NCBI GenBank assembly: GCA_010015585.1
Contig: ML975149.1
DNA from: Eremomyces bilateralis CBS 781.70
Taxonomy: Eukaryota
Length of the DNA: 64,000 nucleotides
Reading direction: 5' to 3' (one strand)
The translations under genes and the position numbers were made by a program. Of the stretch, positions 59,508 to 64,000 are shown in pieces (position 1 is the stretch's first letter; each line of letters opens with the position of its first letter). Under the pieces are notes generated by a model, which worked only from the letters and a program-made list of their open reading frames with translations, was not told the origin of the DNA and ran no database searches.

Positions 59508-60735
59508 GTTGGTCAAAACGAGAGTTTACGACTGCAAAGTCGAGGTGAAGGCTCGAAAGACAATCAAAATCGAACAATTGGTGGGCAGGATCACCCTTTT
59601 AGCCAGGATTATCGTATGCATCCAGATTCCAGCGCGTATTCCACAATATGCAGTGGTCTAAGCCTTGTTGGTTTTCGGCGGTGCTCAAGGCAGAAGATGT
59701 CAGCAGATATCCGGAAGGAGTTAGATTATCAAGAGAATCAGTCTTGAAGAAAACTAGGGGGAGCACCATGGCTACGTTGGCCAATGCATCAGGGTAATGT
59801 ATCTGCTGGCCAAGAGCCCAAGGCGCGATGGAAGCCGGAGTTGTCGGATGTGCGATTGAAGAGAGAAATTACCCAATAGGCATGGGAAAACTCGGCTGCT
59901 CTTTGACCTCGTATTCACGACATGGCGGAATTGAAATTGAAGCGAAAAGGAAATGATCGACCGCCGATGAATGGCCAATGGATAAAACAACCTCGCCATC
60001 TGATGCTGGATTAAACTGCTGTTCTTACTTATATAAGGTATGTAATATTCCACCTTTTGATTGACTAAAAGACTTGACTATCACCACTCAGAAACGAAAT
60101 GCTTCAGATAAACAACACTGGAATGGTTTCCACGCTATTAGAGTTAGGAAAGCCCAAGTCGTAATGCGGTTAGCGTGGAATGGCACATGTTACACAAGTG
60201 AAGAAAAGGGGCTGTGAAATGTGAATCACAATTTATAGAAACATGACAAGGGTTAGAACATTTCCATCCTTACTGCCTGGTCATCGGATTGTTTCACCAT
60301 GTCGTCCAATCCTCTTCCTGTGCTTCCAGTCAACGAGTCAGCATTGATCGATGCTCGACGCTCGTTATTCAAAGGCATCCTTAGCCGACCGATGAACAAA
60401 CCAAGAATTCGGGATGAAAACTTCCATCTTGACCTTTGTCCTCATTAGGAATAGCCAATAGCTACGGAGTACTAAGGAATGAGTTCCTTGTATGGTAGGG
60501 TAGCATCACTCTTAATGAGCAATAATATGGACCGAGTTCTAACTACACCAGCATTTTAAGTCCATCTTTCTTGTTCTCTTGATAATGTTGCATTAATTGT
60601 CACCCATGTTATCAATAGCTATACGGATATTGTGTGACGCTTCTCGGGGAGTGGTTTCACAACCTTTCTCTCATAAAGCCAGTCAATATCATCGTTCTCC
60701 GTAAACTAAACTCCGCGACCCATCATTAAACAAAC

Positions 60736-61861
60736 ATGATGTGTTCCCCTCAAACTGCGATGAGGTGCATCAAACCATCAATCATCGCACCGTCTCGCCT
60801 CACATTTCTTGATCCCTAGTGCAGCAGTCAGACCCTGACCCTCCCCGACGGCCGCATCCTAGGCTATGGCGGATTCGGCCACCTCAATGATTTCCCCGTC
60901 ATCTACTTCCACGGCTTCCCCTCCCCCCGCCTCGAACCGCATGTCATCGACAAGCTCACCCGCCGACGCCGCATCCGCGTCCTGTTGCTCGACCGTCCGG
61001 GATTCGGCCTCTCGACCTTTCAGCCCGGACGACGGATCATAGATTGACCGGCTGATGTGCGAGCGTCCGCGGAGCACGTGAAGCTGAAGCAGTTTGCGAT
61101 CATAAGAGACTCGGGGGTAGGCCGTATGCTTCAGCGTGTGCGTATAAGCTGCCGAAGGAGATGATGTCTGCAGTCGGCATGCTTGCAAGGGCGCCGCTGG
61201 GGAGGCGGGGGTACATGATGTGGTGAAATACAGGCGCGTCGCGGCGGTGGTGGCGAGCTCTGTCCCAGGGGCTTCAGGGTCTTCACGGATGCGCTGGTGG
61301 GCGTTGGTCGCTTTATCGCGCCGTCTGGGCCGGGTGAAGAAGCGGATTGACACCTGGTTGGAGCTAGAACGTGGGGAAGGTAAGGTTGAGGCGAAGAGTG
61401 AAGTCTCGAAGGAAGGGAGCAGTGAGTCACCAGTAGCCGAGAAAGAGGAAGACTAGACGATAAAGAGAAGAGGGAGCAGCTTTTCCGCATCGTATTTGAT
61501 GGGTTTGCGCGGATCTCTTAAGCGATGGTACAGGAAACGCAGTTATTATCGGCGAATAGATGGGGGTTCAAGTTCGAGGATATATCCTTCAACCCTATTC
61601 TGATATGGCACGGCACAAAGGATGCCAATTCTCCAATCTCCATGATAGGGATGCATGGCGAAGCGTCTGCCACACGGCGTTTTTCGGGGGTTCGAGGGCG
61701 AGACTCGTTATACCCTGGTGAACCTTAAACGAATTACGCAGATCTTGACGGAGCTGGACCCATTAGAGGAGACATCGACGGTAAGAGAGTATGGGCTAGG
61801 GGATGTCCATGGGATGCATTCATCATTTAGATATACCTGTAGGCATGTAATTATAGGTTGA
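60736..61861 (+). pseudogene. Alpha/beta-hydrolase pseudogene
   Basis: QTLTLPDGRILGY, YFHGFPS, DRPGFGLST, IID*PADV (TGA 61045-47 where Trp is expected), a decayed GxSGGGPYA motif with a frameshift, WGFKFEDI and IWHGTKD. Extra in-frame TAG at 60817-19. Confidence 0.8.
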
Positions 61862-62288
61862 TAGGATAGCGATCACCCTCTCGTACTCAATTTCAAATCA
61901 ACCGGTCTACCCGGCTCTTTCATGCTTTCACCTTCAGGACAAGAACTATTGAGTCGAAGCCGTCCAGTAATTGTATGTATTAATATTACGCGTCCCTTGA
62001 CTGACTACCGGAGGCTCGGAAGTCGGAAGTTAGACCACGATTGACTATTAGGGCCGAGGGGCAAGGGCGGTGGGCACACGCCACGTGTGGTTGACAGAGG
62101 CCCGACGTCTAGGGAGGCCTCCGCTGATTGGTCCAACTTCACCGCCATCCATACCTGTACAGAGAGATATCAAACTCGTGCTTTTTGGTCCCAACATCTT
62201 TATTCTTCCTCTTTATCAAGTATTAGCGGACATTGCATTGGATTTCCCTTGTCCAGTCAGACATCCCTTGTCTAAGGAACTAATCATC

Positions 62289-64000
62289 ATGCTTCAAAAC
62301 AAGTGTTTTCTTCCCCTTCGTGCTACAGGACGCGACGCTCTTATCAGTTCGAAAACTGCGTCTCGACCTCTTGTGAGATGGCACGGTTCGCAATTTCTTG
62401 CTTTTCCAAAAAGAAACCTACATTCGTCTCCAGTACATGCGGCATCTCGTCCGAGTCCAGTGTATTTAAAAAAATCTTCGAAAGACCAGAGGGCTGAAAG
62501 CAAGAAAGAGTCAGAAGGCAGTGCAGCGCCGAAAAATAATCCTTTCGGTTGGGGTGCCACGGCTATCTTTGCAGTAGCGACAACGTTAATGGCAGAGTCG
62601 CTTTTAAGGAATCCGCCTGATCGCAGCTCAACACAATCACTAGAGAAGTCCGCTACGGCTAAGTACAGTGTCTCGCCAGACACATTACGCAAGGCGATTG
62701 GACAACTCAAAAAGGACATTGCCGCGGACCGAATCATACGGGATGTCGGAGAGTGCACCAATAAGTCAAGTACCGCATGGTCTCCTGCCCCGGAAGAGAC
62801 GGACTGCCCTTCGTTTATCGTCTACCCCATCTCGACCTTGGAAGTGAGTAAGATAGCGAAGGTATGCCATGAGTTAGGGATCCCCATGCTGCCATACTCA
62901 GGCGGAACCAGCCTTGAAGGAAGCCTGGCAATGACTACCAAAGGTGGTTGCTGCATTGACTTCAAGCTGATGGACCGCGTCATTGGAGTCAATAAAAAGG
63001 ATATGGACGTTGTCGTGCAACCGGGAGTCGATTACATGGAATTGAATCAAACGCTCGCGGAACAGAATCTCTTCTTCCCGCCTGACCCGGGCCCAGGCGC
63101 CAAGATCGGTGGCATGATTGCTCAGGGTTGCTCAGGCACAAACGCATACCGATATGGGCCGATGAAGGAGTGGGTCCTTGGACTAACAGTCGTCCTCGCC
63201 GACGGCACAATCATTAAAACCAGACATCGACCGCGCAAATCAAGTGCTGGTTATGATTTGACGCAGCTCATCGTTGGATCCGAGGGTACTCTAGGGATCG
63301 TCACCGAAGCGTCCCTCAAATTGACCAGCAAACCTCAGAACGTTCGCGTTGCGGTCGTTGCATTCCCTTCAATACCAAATGCGGTGGACAGTGCCATCAA
63401 GGTCGTCCAGGAGGATCTCCCAGTAGCGGCATTGGAATTGCTCGACGACTTCACCATGAAGGCCGTCAATGAAGCCGGATACTGCGAGAAGCAGTACGCT
63501 GAAACAGCAACGCTGTTCTTGAAATTCTCCGGGTACTCGGACCGGATGGTTCAAGAGATTATAGGGAAAGTCATGGATATTGCGAAAGCAAACAACTGCA
63601 GCTCATTCGAGATTTCGAAAACGGAACGTGAAGCTAGCGACTTGTGGCAAGCACGTAAAACGGCGTTGTGGAGCGTTCTTGCATTGAGAAGGAAACCAGA
63701 GGACAAATTTTTGAGTTCCGATGCCGCCGTCCCTATCTCGAGACTAGGCGATCTAATTGAAGCGACCCAAGCCGATATCAAGGAATCCGGCGTCCTCGGA
63801 TCTTGTATTGGACACGTTGGAGACGGCAACTTCCATGCTGGCATCCTGTATGACCCCCAGGACGAAAAGATTGCGCGTACCATCATCCAAAATGTCCAGA
63901 GGCGGGCAGTTAAAATGAAGGGAACTGTGTCGGGAGAGCACGGCATCGGTCTGGAAAACCGCGACGCGCTGACGGAAGAGCTGGGACAGCAGAGTATCGA
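62289..64000 (+). CDS. DLD1: FAD-linked D-lactate dehydrogenase (cytochrome), mitochondrial; runs off the window
   Basis: Open from ATG 62289: presequence, PYSGGTSLEG, FPPDPGPGAKIGGMIAQGCSGTNAYRYG, RPRKSSAGYDL, GSEGTLG, GHVGDGNFH and SGEHGIG. Confidence 0.9.
   Translation, partial: MLQNKCFLPLRATGRDALISSKTASRPLVRWHGSQFLAFPKRNLHSSPVHAASRPSPVYLKKSSKDQRAESKKESEGSAAPKNNPFGWGATAIFAVATTLMAESLLRNPPDRSSTQSLEKSATAKYSVSPDTLRKAIGQLKKDIAADRIIRDVGECTNKSSTAWSPAPEETDCPSFIVYPISTLEVSKIAKVCHELGIPMLPYSGGTSLEGSLAMTTKGGCCIDFKLMDRVIGVNKKDMDVVVQPGVDYMELNQTLAEQNLFFPPDPGPGAKIGGMIAQGCSGTNAYRYGPMKEWVLGLTVVLADGTIIKTRHRPRKSSAGYDLTQLIVGSEGTLGIVTEASLKLTSKPQNVRVAVVAFPSIPNAVDSAIKVVQEDLPVAALELLDDFTMKAVNEAGYCEKQYAETATLFLKFSGYSDRMVQEIIGKVMDIAKANNCSSFEISKTEREASDLWQARKTALWSVLALRRKPEDKFLSSDAAVPISRLGDLIEATQADIKESGVLGSCIGHVGDGNFHAGILYDPQDEKIARTIIQNVQRRAVKMKGTVSGEHGIGLENRDALTEELGQQSI

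Noticed and set aside
1..64000. tRNA, rRNA or snRNA genes, or a secondary-metabolite cluster
   Set aside because: None recognised by eye, and no PKS, NRPS or terpene synthase is present. A tRNAscan or Infernal run is needed to exclude small RNAs.

Overview
Eukaryotic DNA from a filamentous ascomycete (Pezizomycotina, inferred from short GT..CTAAC/CTGAC..AG introns, a Zn2Cys6 factor, HeLo and NACHT-WD genes). Much of the window is a core-gene backbone: SPC2, EMC3, a C2H2 TF, a PEP-mutase family enzyme, prefoldin 3, a Zn2Cys6 TF, CTP1, MAM33, CHO1, GAR1, an M35 protease, LeuRS, NagA, a C2/SMP protein, a DUF2470 protein and a D-lactate dehydrogenase. Two accessory blocks look like innate-immunity or cell-death loci. 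(1) At 12.0-17.5 kb, a HeLo-plus-pseudokinase gene (MLKL-like architecture; broken here by one stop and two frameshifts) lies head-to-head with a Ser/Thr kinase-ankyrin gene (RIPK4-like architecture). (2) At 20.4-26.4 kb, an island holds a 5'-truncated LINE with a (CAA)12 tail, an NWD2-like NACHT-WD40 NLR and a RIP-scarred Myb/SANT relic. The NLR's 34-codon first exon encodes a HET-s-like amyloid motif, and its near-identical WD repeats span an assembly gap. Also present: a hAT-like transposon end, APH-like and alpha/beta-hydrolase pseudogenes, and an N/Y/G-rich repeat tract. All family calls come from reading motifs by eye; no database searches were run.
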